A stretch of DNA of 10,917 bases, from the NCBI GenBank assembly GCA_049965555.1, contig JBMFWF010000015.1, positions 1 through 10,917 on the forward strand, written 5' to 3'. This document shows, in pieces, positions 1 to 8,245 of the stretch (position 1 is the first letter of the stretch; each line of letters starts with the position of its first letter). The notes under the pieces are model-generated. The model had not been told where the DNA came from and did not search any database. It saw only the letters and a program-made list of their open reading frames with translations. The position numbers were made by a program, and so were the translations under genes. This DNA comes from Candidatus Parvarchaeum sp. (lineage in GTDB: Archaea; Nanobdellota; Nanobdellia; Parvarchaeales; Parvarchaeaceae).

Positions 1-135
1 GTAGCTTCTTCGCATGCACATACCTATTTCACTGGGGTAATAAGCTCCTATTGTTTTAGGCCTAGACTCCTCATTGAGGTATTCATCTATTATGCTGCCA
101 ACATCCACATCTACAAAAGAGTCGTCATTTTGCAT
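1..135 (-). CDS. Cas4-like / PD-(D/E)XK nuclease family protein, N-terminal 45 aa (runs off the left edge)
   Basis: My translation from ATG at 135 is MQNDDSFVDVDVGSIIDEYLNEESRPKTIGAYYPSEIGMCMRRSY, open to the window edge. YYPSEIGMCMRRSY resembles the N-terminal 'PSEI..C.R..Y' Fe-S Cys motif of Cas4/AddB-like nucleases. A TATTTAA box lies 23-29 nt upstream. The nuclease motifs are outside the window. Confidence 0.65.
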   Translation of the reverse strand, partial: MQNDDSFVDVDVGSIIDEYLNEESRPKTIGAYYPSEIGMCMRRSY

Positions 136-157
136 TATCAATATAGTAAAGGAAATG

Positions 158-164
158 TTAAATA
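158..164 (-). promoter_or_regulatory. Putative archaeal TATA box (TATTTAA) for the Cas4-like gene, probably a leaderless transcript
   Basis: TATTTAA lies 23-29 nt upstream of the ATG at 135. The same heptamer sits at the same spacing upstream of the ATG at 6027. Confidence 0.5.
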
Positions 165-369
165 GCTTATTTTTAGATTATTGTTAACATCAACAGGATT
201 AGTTTAAGCTATAATAAAATCATTTTTGAAACATGATTACTTTTTATTAAAATTTGTTTCAGGTTTTCTTGATAATCGAATCAGGGGCTTGGATTTAGTG
301 ATTATCGGTATATAATTTTATTTGTCTTGTATTTTGAATTACTTTTTTGTAAAAATATACAGAAAAGAA

Positions 370-376
370 TTTAAAG
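370..376 (+). promoter_or_regulatory. Putative TATA box (TTTAAAG) with purine-rich BRE-like upstream sequence for the PAP2 gene
   Basis: AGAAAAGAA-TTTAAAG lies 21-27 nt upstream of the ATG at 397. Confidence 0.4.
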
Positions 377-396
377 TCGCGTGCTTTTCTATAATA

Positions 397-1092
397 ATGC
401 TTAACAGGAAGTTGCTATTTACGGGGATATTGCTGGTAATAATCTTTGCAGTAATATTTTTGTTTGTAAACTTTAAGATATCAAATGGCTTTGATTTAAC
501 AGTTTTTAAGTTAATAAATGAAAAATGGAGTGTAAGTTTCTTAGATCCATTGTTTGCAGCGGTTGCAATCTATGGAAGAGAATATTTTTGGGTTCCTGTA
601 GTGGCTTTAATGTGGATTTTAGGAAGCGCTTTCAACAATGAGAAGGCAAAAAAAGGAGCAGTAATGCTGGTCATAGTTTTCATAGCCATTATAATCATTG
701 GTTTGTCATTAAAGGCGGTTTATTATAGGCCAAGGCCATTTCTAAATCCTTTGCTGTCTTCTGTAGATCATGTTTTAGTTCCAAAGGATTTCGATTCCTC
801 TTTCCCTTCAGGACATGCTTTGATAGTCGCGGGTGGCGCAGCAGTTGCATTTCTATTTTTAAGAAAGAGATATTCGATACCTTTGGTAATTGAGGCTGCT
901 TTAGTATCTTATAGCAGGGTTTATGTCGGCGTTCATTACCCTACAGACGTTATAGCAGGAGTTATTTTAGGCGTTGGAATAGCATTTATAATATATTCAG
1001 TTTTACTTGATAGCCAGTACTTCAACAAGCTTTATGAAATTGTGGATACTACTTACAAGAAGATATTAAGGTCAGTTAAAATTATCAAATAG
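397..1092 (+). CDS. PAP2-family membrane phosphatase (lipid/polyprenyl-pyrophosphate phosphatase-like), about 231 aa
   Basis: All three PAP2 motifs are present: KAVYYRPRP, SFPSGH and SRVYVGVHYPTD, with several hydrophobic helices. I prefer the ATG at 397 (MLNRK...) to the TTG at 322 because of the TATA spacing. Confidence 0.92.
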   Translation: MLNRKLLFTGILLVIIFAVIFLFVNFKISNGFDLTVFKLINEKWSVSFLDPLFAAVAIYGREYFWVPVVALMWILGSAFNNEKAKKGAVMLVIVFIAIIIIGLSLKAVYYRPRPFLNPLLSSVDHVLVPKDFDSSFPSGHALIVAGGAAVAFLFLRKRYSIPLVIEAALVSYSRVYVGVHYPTDVIAGVILGVGIAFIIYSVLLDSQYFNKLYEIVDTTYKKILRSVKIIK

Positions 1093-1108
1093 AAATATTA
1101 AAAATTAA

Positions 1109-2113
1109 TTATTTCTGCTTTAATCTGTATTTTTTCGAAAGTTCTTTTATCTCCTTTATTAAATCGGCCTCAGATTTGAACATGTTATCAACAAAATAAG
1201 GGGTAAACGGGCTATATTTTTCGAAGGGAAAATAAAGCAAAACCTTCTTGCCAGTAAAATGTGCATGCATCCTTTCTCCATCTACACCGCTAGAATAAAC
1301 TAAATCAGATAGATAAACAATAGTAATATCTGTTTGATCCACTAAGTGGAAATCTCTTCTAACAGTCTGGTTAAAAATAAGGTTTTTTATCCTTTCATTT
1401 GCATCTTCCTTGTAGGCATCAATATCCACTGCTTTAGGATTAAAAACAATCAGATATTTCTTTATCTTCTTTATGAATTTCTCCAAAGCTTCATATCCAC
1501 TTTTTCTATGCTCTATTGTATAACTTATGTAAGCTTTTGGTTTGTCTGGCCTGTAAATCAGCTCATAAAGGGTATTTGCATCCTCTTTTGAGCCAATAAC
1601 GTAGTTTTTTCTGTTTATGGAATTGCTTATTAAATCGGCAGTGTATAGCTCAAGCTCGGACCATAATGCTATTTCATATTCATCAACTGTTTTATCCTCC
1701 CATGATTTTTTCTTCTGAAGGTTTTTATTGACGTTGCTGGGGTCGTTCAAAACAGATATGAAAAAATCAGGGTTTAGTGTACGCATGTCCTTCGAATTTA
1801 TAAGGCTTAAAGGCCCTCCTCTCCACCAAAACGACATGTGTCCATCGATTATATAGTCTTTTTTCTTGTTTTCTTCAATGATTATTTTTATATTTTTTAA
1901 TGCATTCTCTTTGAGTAATCTGATATTCTCTATGTCCAAGTTTGGAATGTTCTTTGAATTTATATATGGGTTCGTTTTATTTGCGACTTTGACCATCTCA
2001 TCTATAAAATTTATTATTTCTAGATTTTTGCCGTGCTGTTTAGCTATTTTCACTGCTTTGCTTTCCAGGCTTATCCTGTCCGAGCCTGCGATTGCACAGC
2101 TGAATACTATCAT
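1109..2113 (-). CDS. Fusion of an archaeal adenylate kinase (AdkA)-like domain with a degenerate P-loop and a C-terminal nucleoside 2-deoxyribosyltransferase / N-glycosidase-like domain, 334 aa
   Basis: The N-half has AdkA-like segments (IINFIDEM, YIIDGH, LNPDFFISVLNDP), but AIAGSDRIS sits where GxxGxGK[ST] is expected. The C-half has the NDT/DNPH1-like pattern KAYISY...VFNP...RDFHLVDQTDITIV...SSGVDGERMHAHFTGKKV. Both domains were recognised by eye. Confidence 0.6.
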   Translation of the reverse strand: MIVFSCAIAGSDRISLESKAVKIAKQHGKNLEIINFIDEMVKVANKTNPYINSKNIPNLDIENIRLLKENALKNIKIIIEENKKKDYIIDGHMSFWWRGGPLSLINSKDMRTLNPDFFISVLNDPSNVNKNLQKKKSWEDKTVDEYEIALWSELELYTADLISNSINRKNYVIGSKEDANTLYELIYRPDKPKAYISYTIEHRKSGYEALEKFIKKIKKYLIVFNPKAVDIDAYKEDANERIKNLIFNQTVRRDFHLVDQTDITIVYLSDLVYSSGVDGERMHAHFTGKKVLLYFPFEKYSPFTPYFVDNMFKSEADLIKEIKELSKKYRLKQK

Positions 2114-2144
2114 TTATTTTTATATCACTATTGACTAATAAGCT

Positions 2145-3551
2145 TTATTTTTTCCCTTTTAATCTTCTAGGTGTTGTAAGATTGAAAGGATCAAATATTT
2201 TTTCAAGCTTTTCTTTTTCAAGCACGTTTTTCTCTTCCGCTACCTGCTTTATTGTTTTATTTTCTTTTATTGCAGTTTTTACTATCTCAGCGCTTTTTTC
2301 ATATCCAATATAAGGGTTTAAAGCCAAGCCCACTCCGGGCGTTTTATTGACCATTTCTTCAATTCTTTCCTTATTGACTTTTATGTCATTTATTGCCTTT
2401 TCTGCGAATGCCTTGCAGGCATTTCTAAGAATTATCAAATCATGTAAAATGCAGTAACTTATTATCGGCTCCATTACATTTAATTCAAATTGCCCTGCCT
2501 GTGTTGCTAATTCTATGGTCTTATTGTCGCCCATGACCCTGAAGCACACCATATCAACCATTTCTGCCATGCTCGGATTGACTTTGCCAGGCATTATTGA
2601 AGAGCCGGGTTGAACAGCAGGCAAAACAATTTCCGCCAGGCCAGTTATCGGCCCGGAATTCATTAATCTTAGGTCATTGGCAATCTTTATCAAGTCAGCA
2701 GAAAGAACGGTTATTGCTGTTGAAAGTGCAAATAAATCAGAGGGGGATTCTGTAACTGCCGGCAAATCTTTAGCTTGTTTCAATTTAAGGCGAGTCCAAT
2801 TTCTAAGATAGATTATTGCTTTTTTTACATACCTAGGGTCAGCGTTTATCCCAGTTCCTACAGCAGTCGCTCCCAAGTTTATATTTTGGATTTCTTTGTT
2901 TGCTTCTTCTATTCTCTTTATAGACTCTTTTATTAAATCAGACCATGCCTTGAATTCCTGTCCTAATCTTATGGGCGCAGCGTCCATTAAGTGTGTCCTT
3001 CCGCTTTTTATTATTTTGTCAAACTCTGCTGCCTTTTTTGAAAATGATTTTTCTAGTTCATCTAATGCCTTAATTAGTTCGTTTGAAAGTTGCAAACAGG
3101 CTATCTTTGTAGCTGTAGGTATAACATCATTTGAGGACTGGCCCATATTTACATCATCATTTGGGTGTATGACTGAGTAATCCCCTTTTTTTTTGCCAAG
3201 CTTTTCAATGGCGATGTTTGCTATAACTTCATTTACATTCATGTTATTTGAAGTACCTTCCCCTGCTTGGTAAATATCCACTCTAAATTGGTCGTCAAAT
3301 TTTCCATTCAATATTTCATTGCATGCATATACTATCGCATTTGCTTTTTTCTTTTCTAGAAGGCCTATCTCTGAATTTGCCATCGCCGCCGCTTTCTTTA
3401 TTAAAACTATAGCATAAGTATACTCTTTTATTGGAGTTATTCCTGAAATTGGGAAATTATCCAATGCTCTTTGTGTTTGGACTCCCCAATATGCATTGTC
3501 AGGTACTTTTACCGGCCCAAGGTAATCTTTTTCTACTCTAAATTTATCCAT
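2145..3551 (-). CDS. Class II fumarate hydratase / aspartate ammonia-lyase (AspA/FumC family), 468 aa
   Basis: Contains the signature GSSIMPGKVNP plus GQSSNDV, KSGRTHLMDA, GTSNNMNVNE and the N-terminal RVEKDYLG. Sequence details lean towards AspA, while the TCA neighbourhood suggests fumarase. Confidence 0.93.
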   Translation of the reverse strand: MDKFRVEKDYLGPVKVPDNAYWGVQTQRALDNFPISGITPIKEYTYAIVLIKKAAAMANSEIGLLEKKKANAIVYACNEILNGKFDDQFRVDIYQAGEGTSNNMNVNEVIANIAIEKLGKKKGDYSVIHPNDDVNMGQSSNDVIPTATKIACLQLSNELIKALDELEKSFSKKAAEFDKIIKSGRTHLMDAAPIRLGQEFKAWSDLIKESIKRIEEANKEIQNINLGATAVGTGINADPRYVKKAIIYLRNWTRLKLKQAKDLPAVTESPSDLFALSTAITVLSADLIKIANDLRLMNSGPITGLAEIVLPAVQPGSSIMPGKVNPSMAEMVDMVCFRVMGDNKTIELATQAGQFELNVMEPIISYCILHDLIILRNACKAFAEKAINDIKVNKERIEEMVNKTPGVGLALNPYIGYEKSAEIVKTAIKENKTIKQVAEEKNVLEKEKLEKIFDPFNLTTPRRLKGKK

Positions 3552-3584
3552 TTTATTTAATGGTTTTTTAGCTATTAATTTCTT

Positions 3585-4811
3585 TTAATTTGCGGCTGCA
3601 TTTGTTTTTACTTTTTTACCTTTTAAAGTTATGAATGTACCTACAGTGGTAACGACATTTGTTAGAATAATTACATATGTCACAAGTATCAGAAATGTAT
3701 TTGCTTTTGGTATACCATATTCTAATGCCAATGTCGCTAATGTGGCGGGAGTTAGGCCTTGGGCCAGTGAAATAAATATAGGTAATTTATCTTTTACCAT
3801 GTCCGATTTATATGTTGATATTGAAACTGCAATTAGCCTTGAAAATAGGAGAATACCTAATATTGCGGCTCCAGCGGCTAAGCCGAAATACAGGCTAGAA
3901 AATGAAAGGCTCAATACCAACCCTAGAAATACAAAGAAGAATGTTTTTAGTATGAATGTAATCTCTCCTTGGAAATTGAATATCTGTTTTTCGAGTTTAT
4001 CCATTCTTATTTTTCTTCTGAATAACTCGCTTATAAATTTATGATTCCCAAAAATTATGCCGAAAATTATAACTGCCAAGTATCCGCTTCCTCCAGCTTT
4101 GTCCGTAATCCCATAAGTGAGGAAAAGTAGGCCAAGAGTCAAAACGTAGGTATAATTTTGTTTTTTAAGATAGTTAAGGAGGTAAATCCAGATCACTGAA
4201 AGTATTAAGCCAATAAATATCCCTATAGAGAATGAGGAAACCAAAGAATCTACAGTAGAATAGATATTTGCACTCCCGCTTTGATACAAACCAACAAATG
4301 CTAAGAACAATACTACTAAAACTATTGAATTTAGAGCAGCTTCAAAAGTTAAGAACATTATCGTTTTATCCTTTACTTCTAATTGCCTTGATAAAGGTAT
4401 TATTACAACAGTTGTAGTTTCGCCTCCAACTATAGAAGCAAAGATCAAAGATATAACTAAATCAAAATGTAACACAAAATAAGATAGTAAAGTCACTAAT
4501 ACTATGCTTATGCTTACATATAATGCGACTTGAACGAATGGTCTCCAGCCATCCTTGAGCAATGTTCTAGCTTTTAAGTCTAATCCGCCGTGAAATATAA
4601 CCATTATAAGTGTTATCTCTGCAAGGACTCCAAGCAAAGGAAGCAAAGAAGCTTTTTGTATCACTCCTAAGACAGGGCCCAATATGAATCCTATAAATAC
4701 AAGGAAAAGAAATGATGGTACATGCGTTTTTTTGAATATCTGTTCTCCTATGTAACCTAGAAATATTATGAGCGCCGATATAAGTAATATAAAGGTTGTC
4801 GAATCAGACAT
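3585..4811 (-). CDS. Cation:proton antiporter (CPA1/NhaP-like), 408 aa
   Basis: Has roughly 12-13 hydrophobic segments and the motifs P..LFLVFIGFILGPVLG, IFHGGLDL, GGSGYLAVIIFGIIFGN, FFFVFLG and QGLTPATLA. Confidence 0.88.
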   Translation of the reverse strand: MSDSTTFILLISALIIFLGYIGEQIFKKTHVPSFLFLVFIGFILGPVLGVIQKASLLPLLGVLAEITLIMVIFHGGLDLKARTLLKDGWRPFVQVALYVSISIVLVTLLSYFVLHFDLVISLIFASIVGGETTTVVIIPLSRQLEVKDKTIMFLTFEAALNSIVLVVLFLAFVGLYQSGSANIYSTVDSLVSSFSIGIFIGLILSVIWIYLLNYLKKQNYTYVLTLGLLFLTYGITDKAGGSGYLAVIIFGIIFGNHKFISELFRRKIRMDKLEKQIFNFQGEITFILKTFFFVFLGLVLSLSFSSLYFGLAAGAAILGILLFSRLIAVSISTYKSDMVKDKLPIFISLAQGLTPATLATLALEYGIPKANTFLILVTYVIILTNVVTTVGTFITLKGKKVKTNAAAN

Positions 4812-6027
4812 TTTTATTTTCCCCCTTGTATTTTTGCTTATTTATAACAGATATCATTAAGCTGTTCAGGAATATTGTCACGAATATAACTGCGAACACT
4901 ATGTCTATAAATGCCCCGGTTCCAGGTATAGCGTAGCTTAAAGGAAGTGCTGCAACCACCGCCGCTCCTGCCCCTCTTGATACCATCGAGCCTATTATGG
5001 CCTTGTCTTTTGGTTCATATGAAGATTTATATAACACAATCTTTGTTGAGGCATATTTAGTTATGACAAGAGCCAAAGCTATTACTATCCCAAATATAAA
5101 ACCTAAGTAATCATTTAATAGCACCAGGGCACCAAAATAAACAAAGAAGAAGGAAGTAGTTAGAAATGTAACTAGTTCATTGAAAGATTTGGATTCTTTG
5201 TTTATATTGAAAGACACGCTGTGCCTATATTTTAGCGATCTAAATATATTCTCCCCATTTGCTATTATTATACCGAAAACTAATACTGATATCGGTCCGC
5301 TGCCATTTATCGCTCCTATGAAGACATACAGAAGAAAGGCTATAGCTAGTGAAGCTACGTATGAATAATCATATCTTTTCCTTTGTAGGTAACTCATCAT
5401 AGGAACCCACGCCATGCCTATGAGCGCTCCAATTACAGCACCTATTGAAAATTCTGAGATCACTCTCCCAGAAACAAAGCTTATGCTAGTGTTATTTAAT
5501 ATTATTGCGCCCACTAATACCAAAACAAATATTATTGTTAATGGCTCTTCTACTGTCGCTTCTAATTCTACAAGATTCCTTGCCTTTTCTGTACCGCTCC
5601 TTCTGCTGAAACTTGATACTACAGAGAGGCTTAATCCAGCAACAGTTAAGCTTAGCAGGCCTGAAACTAATAAGTTGTTGAGCAGAAAGTAAGTTATAAA
5701 GAAAACTGCTATGAAAGACAGTGTGAAGTTTGTTAAAGACAGCGCCAATCCCCTGGATATTGTGCGTATTATTTTTCTAAGATTTATGCTTAAACCCGCA
5801 TTAAAAAGTGTAAGCAGTATTATTATGTTTATTATAAAGGGAAGATAAGAAAGCAATGAATTTCTTTTTAGTAATCCAAGAACAGGCCCAAGCAGAAGGC
5901 CAAAGAACATAAGCCATAGTATGTAAGGTATAGTAGTTTTTTTACCCAATACTCTGCCTAAAAAGCCGATAAGCAGGACTCCTGCGGTGCCCAGCATCAA
6001 AAAATTTAGCACTGATGAATCTAACAT
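4804..6027 (-). CDS. Cation:proton antiporter (CPA1/NhaP-like), paralog of the downstream gene, 407 aa
   Basis: Has the motifs PYILWLMFFGLLLGPVLG, LFNAGLSIN, NGSGPISVLVFGIIIAN, FFFVYFG and SRGAGAAVVA. It overlaps the next gene by 8 nt (ATGTCTGA), which suggests translational coupling. Confidence 0.86.
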   Translation of the reverse strand: MLDSSVLNFLMLGTAGVLLIGFLGRVLGKKTTIPYILWLMFFGLLLGPVLGLLKRNSLLSYLPFIINIIILLTLFNAGLSINLRKIIRTISRGLALSLTNFTLSFIAVFFITYFLLNNLLVSGLLSLTVAGLSLSVVSSFSRRSGTEKARNLVELEATVEEPLTIIFVLVLVGAIILNNTSISFVSGRVISEFSIGAVIGALIGMAWVPMMSYLQRKRYDYSYVASLAIAFLLYVFIGAINGSGPISVLVFGIIIANGENIFRSLKYRHSVSFNINKESKSFNELVTFLTTSFFFVYFGALVLLNDYLGFIFGIVIALALVITKYASTKIVLYKSSYEPKDKAIIGSMVSRGAGAAVVAALPLSYAIPGTGAFIDIVFAVIFVTIFLNSLMISVINKQKYKGENKNV

Positions 6028-6177
6028 AAGTAATCTTCAATTTCAATTATTAAATATGTTTAAATTGAAAGTTATTTGACTTACTAGTAAATAAATTTTA
6101 CAAAATATAAAAACTATATGAATCGGCATATTGATCTAGCAGATAATGTTTTAATAAAAAGACCTATTTATTAATTA
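6028..6177. promoter_or_regulatory. Divergent promoter region between the antiporter run and sucCD
   Basis: Minus-strand TATTTAA at 6050-6056 lies 23-29 nt from the ATG at 6027. Plus-strand TTTTAATA at 6149-6156 lies 22-29 nt from the ATG at 6178. A TTACTAGTAA palindrome sits at 6081-6090. Confidence 0.55.
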
Positions 6178-7293
6178 ATGGTAAACCTTCTTGAATTTGA
6201 GGGTAAAAAATTGTTCAAGTCTTTTGGCATAGATGTACCAACAGGTCAATTAATACACTCCATTAAAGATTTTAAGAATTTTCAGGAAGAGGATGTAATA
6301 AAAGCCCAGGTGCCTACCGGCCATAGAGGGATAAACGGCGGAGTCTTGAAATTTAAAACAAGGGAAGAATTCATTATCGCTTTCAATAAAGTTAGTTCGC
6401 TTACTTTTAATGGTTTTAAACCAACTTCTTTTTTAGTGGAAAAGGCAATAAAACATAATAAAGAACTGTATGTCGCTTTGACTCTAGACAGAAATAATAA
6501 ATCACCAATACTGCTAGTTTCTTCAGAAGGGGGCGTTGACATAGAAAAGATACCAAAAAACAGAATTAAAAGCTTAGATTTAGACATCTTCGTGGGCATT
6601 TTAGATTATCAGATGAGGCAGGCTTTTAAATTTACTGGGTTAGATGGAAAGTACAGGCCTGAATTTTACAATATACTAAGCTCGATGTGGAAGATATTTA
6701 CGGAGAAAGACGCCGAATTGGTAGAAATAAATCCTCTAGCAGTAACAGATTCTGGATTGATCGCATTGGATTCTAAGGTTTCTATTGAAGACGACTCGTT
6801 ATTTAGACATCCAGAGTACAAAAGAGATGAATATTCTTCTGACGATATAGAGATGAAAGCGAAGAAAAAAGGAATATCTTTTGTTAGATTAAATGGGAAT
6901 ATTGGCTTAATAGCAAATGGAGCAGGTTTAACCTTGGCGACAATTGACCAGATAAAGTTGGCAGGAGGGATGGCAGGCGATTTCTTAGATCTTGGGGGTA
7001 CAGACGATCCTGCAAGAGTAGCTGAGGCTATAGATTTAGTAAGGGAATCAAATCCTAAGGTCCTTTTCATAAATATATTTGGAGGGGTAACAAAGGCAGA
7101 TACTGTTGCAGAAGGCATTATACAGGCAATAAATAAGCTTAACATAAATTTCAAAATAGTAGTGAGGTTAAAGGGCTTTAATGAAGTGAAGGGAAAAGAA
7201 CTTTTGAGAAAGAATGGAATAGTCGCCTTTACTGACATGGGAGAAGCAATAAAAGAGGTGGTAAAACTAGCAAATTATGGCAATTCTAATTGA
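6178..7293 (+). CDS. sucC: Succinyl-CoA synthetase beta subunit
   Basis: Motifs NLLEFEGKKLF, KAQVPTGHRG, ELYVALTLDR, SSEGGVDIE, LVEINPL, GLIANGAGLTLATID, DFLDLGG, INIFGG and VVRLKG. Directly upstream of sucD. Confidence 0.95.
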   Translation: MVNLLEFEGKKLFKSFGIDVPTGQLIHSIKDFKNFQEEDVIKAQVPTGHRGINGGVLKFKTREEFIIAFNKVSSLTFNGFKPTSFLVEKAIKHNKELYVALTLDRNNKSPILLVSSEGGVDIEKIPKNRIKSLDLDIFVGILDYQMRQAFKFTGLDGKYRPEFYNILSSMWKIFTEKDAELVEINPLAVTDSGLIALDSKVSIEDDSLFRHPEYKRDEYSSDDIEMKAKKKGISFVRLNGNIGLIANGAGLTLATIDQIKLAGGMAGDFLDLGGTDDPARVAEAIDLVRESNPKVLFINIFGGVTKADTVAEGIIQAINKLNINFKIVVRLKGFNEVKGKELLRKNGIVAFTDMGEAIKEVVKLANYGNSN

Positions 7294-8146
7294 TAAAGAA
7301 ACTAAAGTACTGATTCAAGGAATAACAGGTCACCAAGGCAGGTTTCATTCAAAAGCAATGGTTGATTTCGGAACAAAAGTGGTCGCAGGGGTTACTCCTG
7401 GCAAAGGAGGCCAGAGGGTAAATGGGATAAGAGTATTTGATGATGTAGACAGTGCAGTTAAAAAGACTGGTGCCAATGCTTCCGTAGTTTTTGTGCCAGC
7501 TTCAATGACGAAAGATTCTGTTATAGAGGCTATTGACGCAGGCATAAGGTTAATTACAATAATAACGGAACATGTTCCTTTTCAAGATATGCTAAAAATA
7601 AATGAATACGCGAAGTTAAAAGGCGTAAAAATAATAGGGCCGAATTGCCCAGGATTGGCCGCTCCCGGAATTGGAAAGTTAGGTATAATACCTAATAGTA
7701 TACTCAAAAGAGGAGTTATAGGAGTGGTTTCAAGAAGCGGAACACTAACTTATGAAATTGTTGATGTCATAACTGAAACAGGATTTGGAGAAAGCACAGT
7801 TTTGGGAATAGGAGGGGACAAGGTTCCCGGCATGGACTTTATTGATGTTTTAAAATTGTTTGAAGACGACAAGCAGACAAAAGGAATAGTTATAGTTGGA
7901 GAGATAGGAGGGAGCGAGGAGGAAAAAGCTGCTGATTTTATAAGAAAGAACGTTAAAAAACCTGTTTTTGCCTTTATAGATGGCATATATGCTCCTCCTG
8001 GGAAAAGGATGGGACATGCTGGCGCTATAATATCTGGTAATACAGGTACCGCAAAAAGCAAGTTGGCAGCATTTAAAAAAGCGAATGTTCCAGTTGCAAA
8101 AACCTTTAGCGAACTTTCCAGTTTCATAGTAAGAAAATTAGGATAA
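7277..8146 (+). CDS. sucD: Succinyl-CoA synthetase alpha subunit
   Basis: Motifs QGITGHQG, GVTPGKGG, IIGPNCPG, SRSGTLTYE, GEIGG and the phospho-His motif PPGKRMGHAGA. Overlaps sucC by 17 nt. Confidence 0.97.
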   Translation: MAILIDKETKVLIQGITGHQGRFHSKAMVDFGTKVVAGVTPGKGGQRVNGIRVFDDVDSAVKKTGANASVVFVPASMTKDSVIEAIDAGIRLITIITEHVPFQDMLKINEYAKLKGVKIIGPNCPGLAAPGIGKLGIIPNSILKRGVIGVVSRSGTLTYEIVDVITETGFGESTVLGIGGDKVPGMDFIDVLKLFEDDKQTKGIVIVGEIGGSEEEKAADFIRKNVKKPVFAFIDGIYAPPGKRMGHAGAIISGNTGTAKSKLAAFKKANVPVAKTFSELSSFIVRKLG

Positions 8147-8199
8147 ATATCGTACGCATTATATTTAAAAATACAAAACATTAAATATAATAAAAACAA

Positions 8200-8222
8200 C
8201 TGTTATATTGTTTATATAACAG
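8200..8222. promoter_or_regulatory. Perfect 9-bp inverted repeat (CTGTTATAT-N5-ATATAACAG) overlapping a TTTATATA box upstream of the thioredoxin-oxidoreductase operon; candidate operator
   Basis: The arms at 8200-8208 and 8214-8222 are exact reverse complements. TTTATATA is at 8211-8218 and the SD GGAGGT follows at 8230-8235. Confidence 0.5.
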
Positions 8223-8245
8223 ATATTTTGGAGGTAAATAAAAAA

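Noticed and set aside
322-396. TTG start and 25-aa N-terminal extension of the PAP2 ORF
   Set aside because: The extension overlaps the probable promoter, and the ATG at 397 fits the TATA spacing.
136-396. CRISPR array, leader or small gene next to the Cas4-like gene
   Set aside because: I found no regularly spaced direct repeats, and the frames I checked are short and interrupted by stops.
3186-3194. T9 homopolymer as a phase-variation or frameshift site
   Set aside because: It encodes Lys-Lys-Lys in the intact fumarase/aspartase frame and is expected in AT-rich DNA.
1346-5692. Plus-strand ORFs 1346-1591, 1866-2138, 2131-2313, 2896-3180, 3631-4044, 5180-5368 and 5414-5692
   Set aside because: These are antisense shadows of well-supported minus-strand genes and have no recognisable motifs.
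6081-6090. TTACTAGTAA palindrome as a stand-alone regulatory finding
   Set aside because: It is only 10 bp, AT-rich and plausible by chance, so I noted it only within the promoter feature.
8228-8245. TTG start for thioredoxin at 8228
   Set aside because: It overlaps the GGAGGT SD that serves the ATG at 8246.
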